Shown: in pieces, positions 1-13,080 of the stretch | How the letters are laid out: the number at the start of each line of letters is the position of its first letter | How positions within the stretch are numbered: position 1 is the first letter of the stretch | Assembly (NCBI GenBank): GCA_964106915.2 | Contig: OZ066918.1 | Reading direction: 5' to 3' (one strand) | Origin: Podarcis gaigeae | Lineage: Eukaryota | Length of the DNA stretch: 64,000 nt | Position numbers and translations under genes: made by a program | Notes under the pieces: generated by a model | What the model was told of the DNA's origin: nothing | Databases searched by the model: none | The model's input: only the letters and a program-made list of their open reading frames with translations

Positions 1-456
1 CTTCTTGGCTTCATCATTCTCTGATCACATTACAATAGGGAATGAAAGTCATGTGATTCATTGAATACATATTTTCCATAAGCTTGTTCCAGTGCCTTGA
101 ATCATGTTTACATTCACAGTTATTCCAAAACAACCATCCATTATCATCCATTGCTGGTGTCTGATGTGATAGTTAACAGCTTTCTGCATTTTAGGTGAAG
201 TTCTACATGAAATCTGAATTATTATTGGGCTTAAATATCGTAACACATTATTTAAATGCAAATTCCACCTGAAAAAAATCATTTTGTTGCTACAGTCACT
301 AGCCAGAGACCAAACAACCTGTATTCCTAACTCTTTTTAGATCTGTGGTTGCTGGCAGTAATTTCAACCTTAATGTCTATAAACCATTAGTACCTGCAAT
401 AATCTCTGCCCTAGCCAGTTGATCCAATTGCTGATAGGGCAGTTCAGTCATAAAAA

Positions 457-796
457 CAGGACTGGGGAAACTCCAGATGTTGTTGGCTTACAACTCCCAT
501 TATCCCTGACCATGGGCCATAATCAGTGGTGGGTGGAGCCTAGTAGGACCAGAAGATAGGTAAGTCAACAGTAGGTGGAGCCAGTGGCAATGACAGGTGG
601 AACCAACTAATTCTAATTCTGTCTCTGTAGTCCTTCCTGCTGAGTTCCACTAGAACAACACTGAGACTAAGATGGAGGAAGCTGACAAACAGTGGGTTCA
701 CCCCAATGGACCAGCCTCCATTGGTCATACTGACTAGTGGAATAATGGGAGTTGCAGTCCAAAAACATCTAGAGGGTTACAGTTTTCCCATCTCTG
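457..796. mobile_element. Short palindromic squamate MITE (hAT-like), interrupted by a second MITE
   Basis: Left arm ctccagatgttgttggcttacaactcccatta is the approximate reverse complement of right arm taatgggagttgcagtccaaaaacatctagag. Ends are CAGG...CTG. Confidence 0.7.
524..723. mobile_element. hAT-like MITE nested in the 457-796 element
   Basis: Degenerate TIRs cagtggtgggtgg / ccagcctccattg; 8-bp TSD gccataat / gtcatact (6/8 identical). Confidence 0.6.
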
Positions 797-3700
797 CACA
801 AATGCCCTCCTAATACAACTCCAAGTTTGCCAATCTGTGCCCCATATCCTCCTCGCATCTCCCAAGCTCTCCATATCTCTTCAGCTCTTGCCTAGCTATG
901 CCCCAGATTTGCTTCATGTCGCTGCAGTCTTGCATTCCCTTCTTCTTGGCCTTTCCTGCACCATCAGTCTTCTTATATTTGAGTGGAACCTGATCCCTGA
1001 CATTGCTGAAACATTTTCCCTTTGAACATTGGGGCTTGGTGGAAAGATTCTTTGGGGCAAAATTTTAATGTGTACTAGATTTAGGTCTAGGCTAAATCCT
1101 GCTGTGCTACAATTTACCACTTGTTAATTCCCCTTTACAAAAGCCAACTGGAAAACCTTCCCTTGAGTCATTCTGGCCTGAAAAATTTTAAACCATTTGC
1201 AAAAAAAATAATAAAATAAAACACTTTTAAAATGACCAATCAGGTTTTGTCTTGAACCCTGATGTAGCAATATGACAATCCTCAGCATGAGCAAAACTAA
1301 CTCACACACTGGGTTACCTAAGAAAAATTACCTGAAGGGTTAAGTCTCAGCCATTCAATATATGGTCTGTGGCCAACTGTAATGCCAGAAAAAGCCCCAG
1401 ATCCCATTTTTTAAAGCAACTTTTGCTTTTCCCCATAGAAAGTTGCTTAAGTCTCTTGTCTAAGTCATCTGGAACTATTTACTCTGTTGGAATGTTTATG
1501 CATTGCACCTGTTCTCTTATTGTGCCTGTCTGGACTCAAGCCCACAGTGAGTCTTGAACTGGCAACCTCCCGAATCTCTCTGACAGGGCTTCAGTTTGTT
1601 CTTCACACACCCACTCAGCTCTGGCCAAAATAAGAAACTGATATGAGTCCAGCCACAATAGTCAAGGAAGCCTCTTTGTACCATTAGGTCAGGCTCAGTA
1701 CCCTGCAATGCTTATAAAAACCTCTGGGTCAGGTTTGCTTACTGGCCTGAACAAATAGGAAACCTGTTCTGGCTAGAGACTGTTGTCACTTGGTTTCCCT
1801 CGTCCGTCTCGACTTCTCCTGCCTCAGTTTCAGAGTTGGGTCTGACAGCAGCCTTTTGTGTGAGAAATCATAATATACAATGTGGCCTTTGGGCCAAATG
1901 GATTTCTTGCCCCTTCTAGTACTGTGGCATTATGAAAAGGGCTTCCTAATACAGTAAACCAGGTGTGACTTGTGTGAGAACTCTTCTAGGGCAAAATTAT
2001 TGCTAATAAGAAACAGTTCAATTTGGACACAGCACAGCAGCTCTATGGATCATCAATAAATGTCCTGTTTTTGCAACTTGAACAGGCCTGGAATAAGCAA
2101 AACAGATCTGTAGGCTGTTTGTATCTGTATGGAATATAAAGACACTGCCTTTGGCTTAATGGCATGTGATCTGAATAAGACCTCTGCTCTGCACACTGTG
2201 ATACCAGCACCCAGATGGCCTAAATATCAAAGCCACCTGAGCTCTTCACAGTCACAGCTTAGATGCTGGGATGCAACCTTTATTATGTCGTGAAGTTGTA
2301 TCAAAGCAGATGCTTGTCTGTCCTACACAGTAGTCTCCTGGTTGGAACATGCCCTTCTGTGCAATAAGCAGATCCACATTGATTTCCACACGGTCCTTCC
2401 CCACCCCCCCACCCCGCTTTTTTAACAGACAGGCAAGATAAAGTAGGTCAAATAGATTTCCAAGCACAAATCCAAATAGAGAAGCAATTTGTGTATCAGC
2501 CGCTTCTAATAGATTCTTTGTTATTTTCATACACCTGGCGCATTGCAGCTGAATGGAGGTTTCAAATTCTTCTATCAATACAGAAGATGCTTGAAGTTTG
2601 ATGGGGAAATAACTGATGATTTGCCAGTTAGGTCTCCTAACAGAGGTAGACAAGGATGCTGAGTACCACGGATAAAGCCATTCTTTTAAAAAAAGGATTT
2701 GAAAGAAAGGATTTGTTTCATTAATTGTTTTAATGAATTTCCCACAAGGTATAGGTTAAAACAAACCAACCCTGTGGCCTACGTTAATGATCAAAAGTTA
2801 AGAAACTCTTTGGAAATGACTAAGAAAAAGGGATGATAAATTATACCAAAAGACCGAATCCCTATTGTTTAGCCATTTATACACATTTAAAATGCAATTT
2901 TATATGTCATTAGTAACATGTGTGTACCCATTGGCTGTCAATGGGATTTGCCAAAGCATAACTGATGACAGGTTTGCATCCTCAGAGACTGAAAGTGTTA
3001 TCAGACATGAAGTTTAAATAGTTGCTTGTGCTTCTCTCATGATATTTATGTGAGTGTGTAATCCTTGTTAAGTGCAAAACGGGAAGGAAAAGAGAGACCT
3101 TTGTCATTTGAATGAGCATTCTGGCCAGCACAGGCTTCACATCTGCATTACAAAGCAATATTTTTAAAAACACTACAAGTCTCATGTGTGAAAAGACCCA
3201 GAGGATGGAAAAGTTTTCAAGCATTGACATCTTGCCTCCAAGGGACACCGCCAGCACAAATCCTGTTGACTTCAGTGACACCGCCAGTTGAGGGCATTGT
3301 GAGGACTAAGCTGTTCTTTATGACAATTTGTATTATGCTCTGCATTCGCTTTGTCATATTAAAATAGGTTCAGTATTCTAAACGGGATATCCATTACTAG
3401 GGCATTAGGGCACTACAGCTGAAGCCTTTTGAGGCAGAATGAAAATGGCAGTGCACTTATACTAAGCTGTTTCTAGCAGACATTCAAATGTGACTTACAA
3501 TCTAAGCAGTATTAGAAATGGATACCAGTGCTCTCTACAGGAGTCACAGCAGAGACAAGGATGTAGAGTCGGTGTACACACACTTTCTCAATTAATTAAT
3601 TTTAGTTCTGGTTTGGATTATAGTGCTCCTAGAGTTAAGGTGAATAGCAAAAACAAAGTGCCTTCATGATAACCTTTAACATGCTACAGCTTATAAAAAT

Positions 3701-5289
3701 GGCGGGGGAAATGGCGGGAAAATAATTAAGTAGGAAATGGCTGGATGGGAATTGGGGCACTCAGTAGCACAGAATGTTAGAGGTTCCCAAGTTTTGCCAA
3801 CAGATTGTGTGGCTACGGTATCTTGAGTGCAGCCTAACTATTCAAATCAGATCATGATAGTAAAATCTATTACTAGTCAAGTGTTCCTTGAAGAAATGTT
3901 ATGTTGGGTCTTTTTACCATATGTCAAAAGAAGATCAGAGTACACAAAACTTTATGTGTATTATGATTTAGATTCAAACGAAGCGGGAAAGTGTGGAGAG
4001 GGAAACGGATTGTGAAATTTTACCAATTTTGTTCTCTCTTGCTTTGTATGACTATCTGAAGTATTAGAGTGTCATATTTAAGATATTGTTAATAATATGT
4101 ATTAAAGTCTTGCGTGAGTAAGCTAGTTGTAGGCTTCCAGTGCAAACTAGGATTTAAGCATGCCTTCCAGGGAGGCTTTTATTACATCCCCAGAGAGGTC
4201 TCCGGGGTAAGAGACAGGCTAGTATTCATAAGCCAACTGCAGATAAGGGCGCACTTTTTCTGCTTCATATGATAGGCATGGTTGTCAGACAAGCTGTGCA
4301 TTGTTTGAGTCTTTTTCTGTATTTGCGTGACTTATAATACTGCGGGTATTAGTGTGAAGCCCACAGTGTACTGCCAAATGATCTAGGTTGCACTGTACAT
4401 GCTATGCCTCATACCCGAACTGCAACTTGTACAGAATTAGGGAACCAACAGTTCCACTTATGCGAATCAAAGGATGTGGGGACAAAGCATCTCAGTATCA
4501 CTTACAAATTACTGAAACACAGGATTGAAGAGACTTGCGGGCATCAGCTCTTAGAAAGGAATTTGGTCAGCTATACTTTCCATTCACAACACAGTAAGAT
4601 GACTCTTCTCTTGGTGACAACTCCTTTCCCCTTCTGCAACTCAAGTGAGCTTTGGGTCTGTGCCACAGTTTGAACTAGCCACTTAACATAGTCACACAAT
4701 TTATTTATAGCAAAGTAAGCCCTCCTGTGCTTTCTGCTGAACAGAGTCGGGGCAGTTCATCTGCATGATGGAGAACCCATCAGCTGCAAGGTAGATTAGG
4801 TTTATTATCCAATGAATAGGTGACTTTGCTATGAACATGCGAAATGGCAAGCTGACTGCAGTGCGGGACTGCTGGGTTGCCATACATACATATTAGAATA
4901 TATATTGAAGGAAGAACAAACACTGCACCAGTGACAAATCTTTAAATAAACTTGTACTTGTGTTGAGCTGTCTGTTTCTTTAATCTACTTAATACATTCC
5001 CCTTGGAGAGGGAGAATGGAGCTGAAACCTTTTTATTTTAAAATGTGCACATAAAAACACTGAATGGAGAGACATCAGTGGATCACAGTAAAGAATATTT
5101 TCATCTTCCTGCATTTTGATTGCCAATGAAATAACTAGATTTGACCCATTTTCCACAATCAAGTTCTCTTTTCAGTAACTGAAATGGAACTGAATAAAGG
5201 TTATTGGTTTGACCCAGCTAAAAATTGTCGTGCTTTCTATATACACCATAGTCACAACCACCACTATTTAGGGCCCAGAGTCCATAGAA

Positions 5290-5470
5290 ACTTCTTAACA
5301 AGAATAACTGTTCAGTTGTTGAACGGAGAGGTGGTGAGTTCTTATTTGTTGCAGGGCGTTGACAGCCATCTGTCAGGGATGCTGTAGCAGCATCCTTCGT
5401 CCCAGACTTGCATTAAGCAGCGGGTTTAGCTAGATGATCTCCAAAGTCCCTTCCAACTCGATGAGTCTAC
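5290..5470 (+). mobile_element. CR1 LINE 3'-end fragment
   Basis: Resembles the CR1 3' UTR: gacagccatctgtcagggatgctg...tagatgatctccaaagtcccttccaactc. Confidence 0.7.
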
Positions 5471-6789
5471 AAAACATAAATGGCGACATAAGAAAATTGT
5501 CATTCCTGTGCCCTTAGTAGTAAACCTATGAATCACTAAAGGGAAATTATGTACTGATCCATTTAGAAGTGGAAGCTGTAACTATTTCCTTTCCTACACC
5601 TAGTATTTTTGGTACAGTCTGTCACCACTGTAGGTCAACCATGACTAATTAACAACTGTTGGGATTTTAGATCTGAAGAGGTAGCATTCATTAAGCTTCA
5701 CTCAGTGGTTTAAAAATAGTAAAACGTAGCTCTCGGCTATTAAGATTAACTAAAAGGGGAGAGGAAAAACAAACATGGTATTAGACAATCAGCAAGATAC
5801 CCAAACTTATCCCTTTGGTCATCTATTATCTATTTGGTCCCCCTAACGTTTCCTATCACGTCCATGCATTCTGTGGTTGCTATGCATTCTTCATAGCCAT
5901 GGCTTTGTCAGCTCTACAATGCAGGTTTTTAAAAACTTGCACATATGTTTCCATTTAGGAAGCTTTTTCGGTCCTTTTGGAAAACTTACAAAAGTCCAGC
6001 CAGTAGATGGCAGGCCGACAAAGCCTGATAAGATCATCCAAAACAATTTCCCTTTAATCGAAGAGGCGAAACAATAATTTCATTCAGAATTTTCTCATTT
6101 TAAAAGTTAATAAACATTTCTGTATTTTAACTACTGCAACAGGAACAGTTTAAAGTGCTACAGATATAAAAATATATATGATTAGACCCTAAATGGCCCA
6201 AGCCAGACAATTCTACTCTTGCCAAAATGTTCTGTTTTGCAGAAGTGAATAAAACAGGACATAATAAAGTGCAGATAATTTCCTTTATAATAATATTCTG
6301 CTTGTCTAATAATATTCAGCTTAGCCAAGTCACATAAGTCATTATTATTGCCACCAGTATAGTCTTTACAGGAAAAAGCAGGTACTAATAAATTGTATTC
6401 TGTCTTAACCTGCTTTCTGATTATTCTTCCAGGGGTTATATATACTGTATATGGAACTATAATACACCAACTTTACAATTATATTGAACATGTGTAACAT
6501 GACTATGTCGTAATGCTTAACAGCTCAGGAAGTGGTGAAGAAATGGTTCTATTTAAATAGAGCTCTTTCGGTTCTAATAATCTGTAATATAACTTTAAGT
6601 ATCAGTTTCTGAAGAGAGCAAGTTAAAGATTCTTATGGTGAATTCAGATGTTTGTTGAAGTGCTGGTAAGTTACCTCCCTCGCAAGGCTGTTGTAAGTAT
6701 CTTGAGTGCTGTGAATACTTTGAGTGTACTACATAAATACAAAGGCTGAAATCCTATACCAAGGGAAAAGCCACATGGAACTTGATTAC

Positions 6790-6938
6790 TTATTTGCTTT
6801 ATTTATAATTATTGCATTTAAATCCCACTATTCCTCCAAGAAGCTCAAGGTGGTCTATATTGTTCCCCTCCCCCCCTTTTTATCCTTACAATAACCCTGT
6901 AAGGTGGGTTAGGCTGAGAGTGAATGACTGGCCCAAGG
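6790..6938 (-). mobile_element. MIR/CORE-type SINE fragment
   Basis: ttatccttacaataaccctgtaaggtgggttaggctgagag...tgactggcccaagg resembles the CORE-SINE body on the minus strand, with an A-rich tail. Confidence 0.6.
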
Positions 6939-6939
6939 T

Positions 6940-7557
6940 GTACCCAATGCAACACTAAGTAAGCTTCTCATTGGCACAAAGATTTCCACTTGTGCTACAG
7001 GACTTTGCACCCTCTCCTCTCCTCGTGTGCATCCCCTGTTGTGTCCATCCTCAAATCTGCTCCAGAGCGTATGGGGAAACCCAGGACAGATTTAGGGGGC
7101 ATGTAGGGGGAGCATGGGACGCGGGTGGCACTGTGGGTTAAACCACAGAGCCTAGGACTTGCCAATCAGAAGGTCGGTGGTTCGAATCCCCGTGATGGGG
7201 TGAGCTATCATTGCTCAGACCCTGCTCCTGCCAACCTAGCAGTTCAAAAGCATGTCAAAGTGCAAGTAGATAAATAGGTACCACTCTGGCGGGAAGGTAA
7301 ACGGCGTTTCCGTGCACTGCTCTGGTTCTCCAGAAGTGGCTTAGTCATGCTGGCCACATGACCCGGAAGCTGTACGCCGGCTCCCTCGGCCAATAAAGCG
7401 AGATGAGCGCCACAACCCCAGAGTCAGCCACGACTGGACCTAATGGTCAGGGGTCTCCTTTACCTTTACCTAGGGGGAGGACAGGGAGCAAAGCCCCATA
7501 GCACTAATGGAAACTCTTGAGCTGCTGGAGCATTTACTTAGCACTCCATTGCATACA
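6940..7557. mobile_element. Long-palindrome MITE split by a Sauria SINE
   Basis: About 80-bp arms at 6940-7022 and 7475-7557 are degenerate reverse complements (ctaagtaa...tttccacttgtgcta versus tagcactaatggaaa...ttacttag). Confidence 0.7.
7116..7471 (+). mobile_element. Full-length Sauria SINE (Squam1/POM-like)
   Basis: tRNA-like head GGGACGCGGGTGGCACTGTGGGTTAAAC, B-box GGTTCGAATCC, body gtgcaagtagataaataggtacc, ACCTTT-repeat tail; TSD TAGGGGGAG at 7104-7112 and 7471-7479. Confidence 0.92.
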
Positions 7558-7929
7558 AGCCATTCCTCTTACTTCTGCACAGACATGTAGAGGATTGTAC
7601 TGCAAGTGTTATTTCTCCATCTTTCTCCATTAACAGAGTTGCCCATGTGGGTCCAGGGGTAGATGGCAAGTCATTCAAATAACTAGCAGTCTTATCTCTT
7701 CTCCCCAAATCTGCTCATGGCAGCTTACCATGTAAGGCTGACTGAAGAAGAAGGGGGATCCTGCGTTTCCCCTGTGAGAGGAGAACCAGAACCAGAGATA
7801 AGGAGCAGGGCAGAAAAGCAGCCCTTCCTCTCTTGGTATGGACAGTTCCCCTCAAAGTTCTGAACAGGCAGGAGCTGGGCCGCCTTCCCATTGAACATGA
7901 AGCCCATATCTTAGAGTCTAATCTATGAG

Positions 7930-8110
7930 CTGAGATATGCACAGTTCAAACCTCTGCTCTCAGTCATGAACTCAGTGGGCAGAGCTAGTAAGCCACTATT
8001 TTATCAGCCCTAGCCACAACCCCTAACCTGCAAAATGGGCATAATAAAGGCCTCCTGCGCAAGGTTATTGCAAATATCACTGAAACAATGTAAGTGAACA
8101 CTTGAAATGT
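7930..8110 (+). mobile_element. Degenerate MIR/CORE SINE
   Basis: B-box-like agttcaaacc, CORE-like ctgcaaaatgggcataata, and aaggttattgc...aatgtaagtgaacactt. Confidence 0.55.
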
Positions 8111-9579
8111 GTTACAATCTTCACACCCACTTCCCTGGCAGAAAGGTCCGTTGAATTAAATGAGTCTGAGCTTCTGAGCAGTCATACAGAATTGCACTGT
8201 TATCATCCCATCTTGCTCCACCTACAGAGCTGATTCATTATTGGCTTGGATCAGGAGCAGATGAAACATACACTAGGTTGGCGGCACAGATGGAAGTCGC
8301 TTGGATGACCAGTTACAGAAGAATACAGGCCAGAAAGAGTGCATAATTTTGACAGGCACAGTTTGGCATCCAAGGGTGAGGAAGGCTTACACCTGCACTT
8401 ACACGAGTGCTAAAGATAGCGGAGCCCTGCTCTCCTTTGCTTCTGCTCACCCTAGAAGCGTCTGGGAAAACGGTATGTGCTTCAGTGACTTAACTTCAGT
8501 GCTCTGGTGTAGACTGTGGCAAAGGTCAGTTTGACCCATGGGTCGCTGGTGAAGTGCAAAAGCACCCTAAGACCAATTGTGTGAGAAATTTGAGGGTTTC
8601 TTCATAGTAGATTCCTACTAGAACAATATAAAAACAGTGCTGGGTTTTCTTTCTCACACTGTATAAAGGTCATATTTCATAGCTTATGGCCTCACAGCCA
8701 TGAAATTACAGCCCTCTCATTACAGCTTCAAGGAATTCCAGCTATAATGGCTACCTATCAATCTGTGGTTTGGGATACAAAAGAAACACAGCATTGTGGG
8801 CAAAACCACCATTAGCTGGAATGTTCCTTGGAAGTGACGAGTCTCCAGAAAAACTTCTTGCTCCTGCACTGATGGAAATATAGAGGCTTGGTCCTTAAAC
8901 TGCTTCACCCAAGCAAGCGCTATTCATTTCAGAAAGACCTGTGCCAAGGGAGCATTTGAGTATAGGGCAGATAGTTAAGAGGCATTAATCATTTCTGGTC
9001 AACAATGAGAATTGTGCTATAGCCATTTTATACATGTGAATTTAAGCAGCCCATGTATAGGCAGGGCAAGAGTTTAAGGAAGTGTACACTTTATGTATTC
9101 TTCCAATATTGCATGTACACTAAAGAAAATTAAAGCTTACTCTTCTTGTAATAATAATTTGCAATAAATTTGTATCACTGCAGAATTGCATCGCAGCAAT
9201 CAGTTATTGAGATCAAGAAAATGTACTACTAAATGTATTTAAGACTGCAACCGAACACTTCTAGCATATAGAAAATAATCTGTCCTTCTCTGAGAAGGAC
9301 TTGGGGAACTGCCTTTCACCCCTTCCACCCCTCTTTAAAGATGTTATACGTGCTTCAATTCTTAGGAGAAAAATGTTGTGTTACTAAACCAAGGTTGCAT
9401 CTGTAGTACGTTACAGTGTACTGACCCAGGATAGCATACCAGTGCTGCTCCCTCCATTGAAGTAGTACAATGCAGTACAATGCAAAGCCACTGATGAGCA
9501 CATTACTGTGACAGGAGAGAAAGGCAGTTTTATGGAAAACTGAACCTGTGGCTTTCAGAGGTATCTGTTAGTACTATAT

Positions 9580-9660
9580 GGCTGAGCATGTGGTGGTCTA
9601 TCAGCGATATGCAATTCTAGAAAAGGCTAACTTCCTCGATCCATTTCAATCTGGGCACAG
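9580..9660 (+). mobile_element. L2/CR1-clade RT fragment
   Basis: Translates EHVVVYQRYAILEKANFLDPFQSG, containing the LDPFQSG(F) motif of L2-type reverse transcriptases. Confidence 0.65.
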
Positions 9661-9867
9661 CTCAGGGGTTGTGGTGAAACTACTTCAGTTTTGTTTAGGA
9701 ACAGTCAGGATAAGTTACCCTTTGATAACTGGAATCACAGCTTTATTTCTATTTATTTCTATTCCCAAACGACAGTGCTTTTTCAGCAATGTTGGGTCAT
9801 TTCTGTTTTGCTGCTCAATATTACCTGCACTACATGGCAGCATCTCTCCAGCTTTCAGAAAGGAGGC

Positions 9868-9950
9868 AGTTCCAGCTCTACCTAGAGATTTGAACCTGGG
9901 ATCTTTTGCATGCAAAGCACAGGCTCTGCCCCTGAGCTGTGGCCCTTTCC
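9868..9950 (-). mobile_element. tRNA-derived SINE head (Squam3-like)
   Basis: Minus strand reads gggaaagggccacagctcaggggcagagc...tttgcatgcaaaagatcccaggttcaaatc, with A- and B-box-like motifs. Confidence 0.7.
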
Positions 9951-10796
9951 CAGAAGCAATTAACCTATTCTGTAAAGGTCCATCCATAGCATTTGATATT
10001 CACATGAAACACTTAAGCAAAATCACACACTGATGGCATTATACAGGTTCTGTTCTTAACCACGCCAGTATAGCTGGAATACAATGCCGCCACCCACCTT
10101 CCGGATTGAGCAAGGCACTGGAATCATATTATACTGATTCTTGCTCAGCTACTCTGGTTGCCAGTTCGCTTCCAAACATGAGCCAATGTACTTGTTGTGA
10201 CCTATGAATCCCTAAGGAGTTGAAGAGGCCAAATGACATATATGCAGTTCTTGGCGGGGCGGAGTGTATGTCACATACGGTGCAGCCACAGAGTTTGCAA
10301 TCTGAAGTTGAAGACAGGCATATAGGACTTCCACTTTCTTCCATTTTCCCCCAATGAAAACTATTCCCTAAGTGGCTTTTATCACCACTGGGGAAAAGAT
10401 AGCCCCACTTTGGACATCCACTTCAAACTAAGTATTGTCACAGTATTTGGTAAACGTCCCTGTACTTTATATACTGTGCAGTTCCACCCTTACGGGGTGC
10501 TTTTCCTGCATAACTCCCCCTCTTTTTAGATATTTATAAATTGGATTCTCCTTGGCTTGATCATTTGGAGTGGGGTCATACCCCCCAAAGGGTTGCCGCA
10601 GCACTTGAAGTTTTGTCTGCAGGGATACCAGGGAGGCCACCATGTTATGAAGCTTCAAGCACAAGATTAAACATATTTTATTTTGTCAACCTTCTCAGAT
10701 CCTGGGTCAGGATTGTTATGCCTGTTGTTATTTGATACACCAATCCTGTGCATGGTTGTATCAGTCATATATATATACATTCAGCATTGTAGTCTT

Positions 10797-10937
10797 CATG
10801 GGCGTAGCCAAGGGGAGGCAGGGAGGAGCAGCTGCCCCCTCAATCCATAAAAATCAGTAAAAAAATACATAGCTAGCTGAGGTTCTTCCCCCCAACAAAA
10901 GACCTGCCCCCCAACAAAAATCATGGCTCCGCTCATA
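10797..10937. mobile_element. hAT-like MITE
   Basis: Degenerate TIRs catgggcgtagcca / tggctccgctcata; TSD gtagtctt / atagtttt (6/8). Confidence 0.65.
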
Positions 10938-11175
10938 ATAGTTTTTATCTGTTTAATATTTTCTCATGTGTTATACTATTACCTTATGCTTTATTTTTTG
11001 TACAGTTTTTTTGGGGGAAGCAATTATCATTTATATTTTAATAGTTCTGTAAGCTGCTTTGAGTGCTATTTTAGGCAGAATCGCAGCAGAGAAAGTTATA
11101 CTCCTCACTCCCCTTCCTCAACTTAACCTATTTTTAAGATTGTTTTGAGAAGGAAAAACTGGGTGATTCCATGTA

Positions 11176-11417
11176 CAGTGGTACGTCGGGTTAAGTACTT
11201 AATTCGTTCCGGAGGTCTGTACTCAACCTGAAACTGTTCTTAACCTGAAGCACCACTTTAGCTAATGGGGCCTCCTGCTGCCGCCACGCTGTCGGAGCAC
11301 GATTTCTGTTCTTATCCTGAAGCAAAGTTCTTAACCTGAAGCACTATTTCTGGGTTAGCGGAGTCTGTAACCTGAAGCGTATGTAACCTGAAGTGTATGT
11401 AACCCGAGGTACCACTG
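11176..11417. mobile_element. Tc1/mariner (Tigger-like) MITE, copy 1
   Basis: TIRs CAGTGGTACGTCGGGTTA / TAACCCGAGGTACCACTG flanked by TA on both sides; internal AACCTGAAG repeats. Confidence 0.9.
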
Positions 11418-11659
11418 TACTCAACAGAGAATGGCTGAAATGCAAATGTAAAAAGTGAAAATAAGTAATAGATTTTTTTTTAAAGTAACATGTCTGGTGC
11501 CAGAGGAGTTATTTTTACTGTTTCAACAAGTGAAAAGGACTGCTAGCCCCATGAGACTTTCCCTTCTCATCAATGTGCATTGCTCCTTGCAGCACTGGTG
11601 CCACAATGACACAGGGCTGAATCCAGACATGTCCTTCCATTCACAATATGGATCAGGAG

Positions 11660-12230
11660 AGGAGGCAGCTGAGGTGTTAGGCAAGTGTTTGGAGGCAGTG
11701 ATGGGCTGGATGTGGGCCAAGAAACTGAATCCTGAAAAGTCAGGTGTGTTATGTGTTCCAAGTTATCAAATGTGGGAAGAGAGTGTTTTCTGGATAGTGG
11801 TTACATTCCCCTGAAAGGAGCAGGGGTTCAGGAGGCCTTGGTAGTTAAGAGTGCCTATTTCCAGCTATGGCTGGTTCACCAGCTATGATTCCTTTTAGGC
11901 AGAGATGACTTAACCATGGTGTTCCACGCTTTAGTTAAACTTCCAGATTGGATTATTGCAATCCTGTGTACTCAAGGCTGACCTTGACTCAGAACTTGAA
12001 CTGGTCTAAAATGCAATGGCCAGATTGCTAGCTAGGGTTGCCTTTAGAATTCACATAACCCATTTTAAAGCAGCTGCACCAGATACCTGTATGTTTCTGG
12101 GCCCAATTTAAGGTGCTCATGCTACCGTTTAAAGCCCTAAAAGACTAAGGCCCCAGATAGCTGCAAAGGCCACCGCCTCCGTAGAGACCCTGCTTAGTGT
12201 TAAGATTTGCATTGGGGGCCCTCTTAGTAG
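11660..12230 (+). mobile_element. Decayed L2 LINE, RT C-terminal region
   Basis: EVLGKCLEAVMGWMWAKKLNPEKS resembles the L2 motif CL..V..WM..N.LKLNP.K; downstream RLDYCN-like sequence (agattggattattgcaat). Confidence 0.8.
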
Positions 12231-12784
12231 TTCCACCTCTCTCAGAAGTTTTGAGGTAGTGCCTCTGTGGGATATTTACAATGCAGTCAAACCAATGATG
12301 TATGTTTGCTAAACAGGCACATGATAGGGGCTGAAGCTCGAAGAGTTTTCCTGTAAGTTTACTAGAGAGAACTCTGAGAGCCATTGTGCCCTGTTCTCAC
12401 CTCATTCCAGCAACATGAGAACATATGCTGAGCCTGAGGCCCAGGTCAGACTCTCTTTTAAACTGGACTAAAGTATGTTGTGGTAACTGGATCCCCATTT
12501 TAAGCCTGCCTGAACAAAGCTGCTGCGTCTGTTACTCTTCAACAAGTATTCTGAGTGAGTAAATGTCATTTTTACCATTTACAAGATTGTTTATGTGGTT
12601 ATTGTTTTCGGGGGGGGGGGGATACCAGGAGAATCCAGTCTGCCTTAAAACATCTTAAACTAAAAGGTTAAAACTAGCCTTTCTAAGCTTCCCTTCTAAG
12701 CTGCAAAGGAATGCACTCTGCTAAACTCACAAACATGAGGAAGGAAGGATAATATCTAATAAATATATCCTCCCCTAGCATCTA

Positions 12785-13080
12785 TACACATCCCTACAGC
12801 CACCAGAGAAGGCATTCTCTGTGGTAGCCCCTAAGTTGTGGAATTTCCTCCACACAGGTGTGTGTCTGGCAAATTCACAAAATACTGTAACTTTTGGTGA
12901 TACTGAAAATGCCCCTTTTACCCTGGGCCTTTGACACCTGAGATGTGTGTTTTCAGAACTCACCCGTTTCCTGTGACTATAATCCATTTTAAATGTTTTT
13001 AATTCTGATTTTAATTTGCTGAAAACCACCCTGGGATCTGCTAGTGATAGGTGGGTAATATTAATAGTACAACAAATACA
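12785..13080 (+). mobile_element. L2 LINE 3' fragment
   Basis: aggcattctctgtggtagcccctaagttgtggaatt translates AFSVVAPKLWN (L2 ORF2 end), followed by a T-rich 3' UTR. Confidence 0.7.

Noticed and set aside
2252-2653. 133-aa minus-strand ORF
   Set aside because: Non-ATG start, no recognisable homology and no supporting exon structure.
2659-2679. RE1/REST-like sequence ctgagtaccacggataaagcc
   Set aside because: About 15/21 match, but core positions of both half-sites (TCAGCACC, GGACAG) are altered.
7116-7200. tRNA gene-like A/B boxes (also at 9868-9950)
   Set aside because: These are SINE heads; there is no complete cloverleaf.
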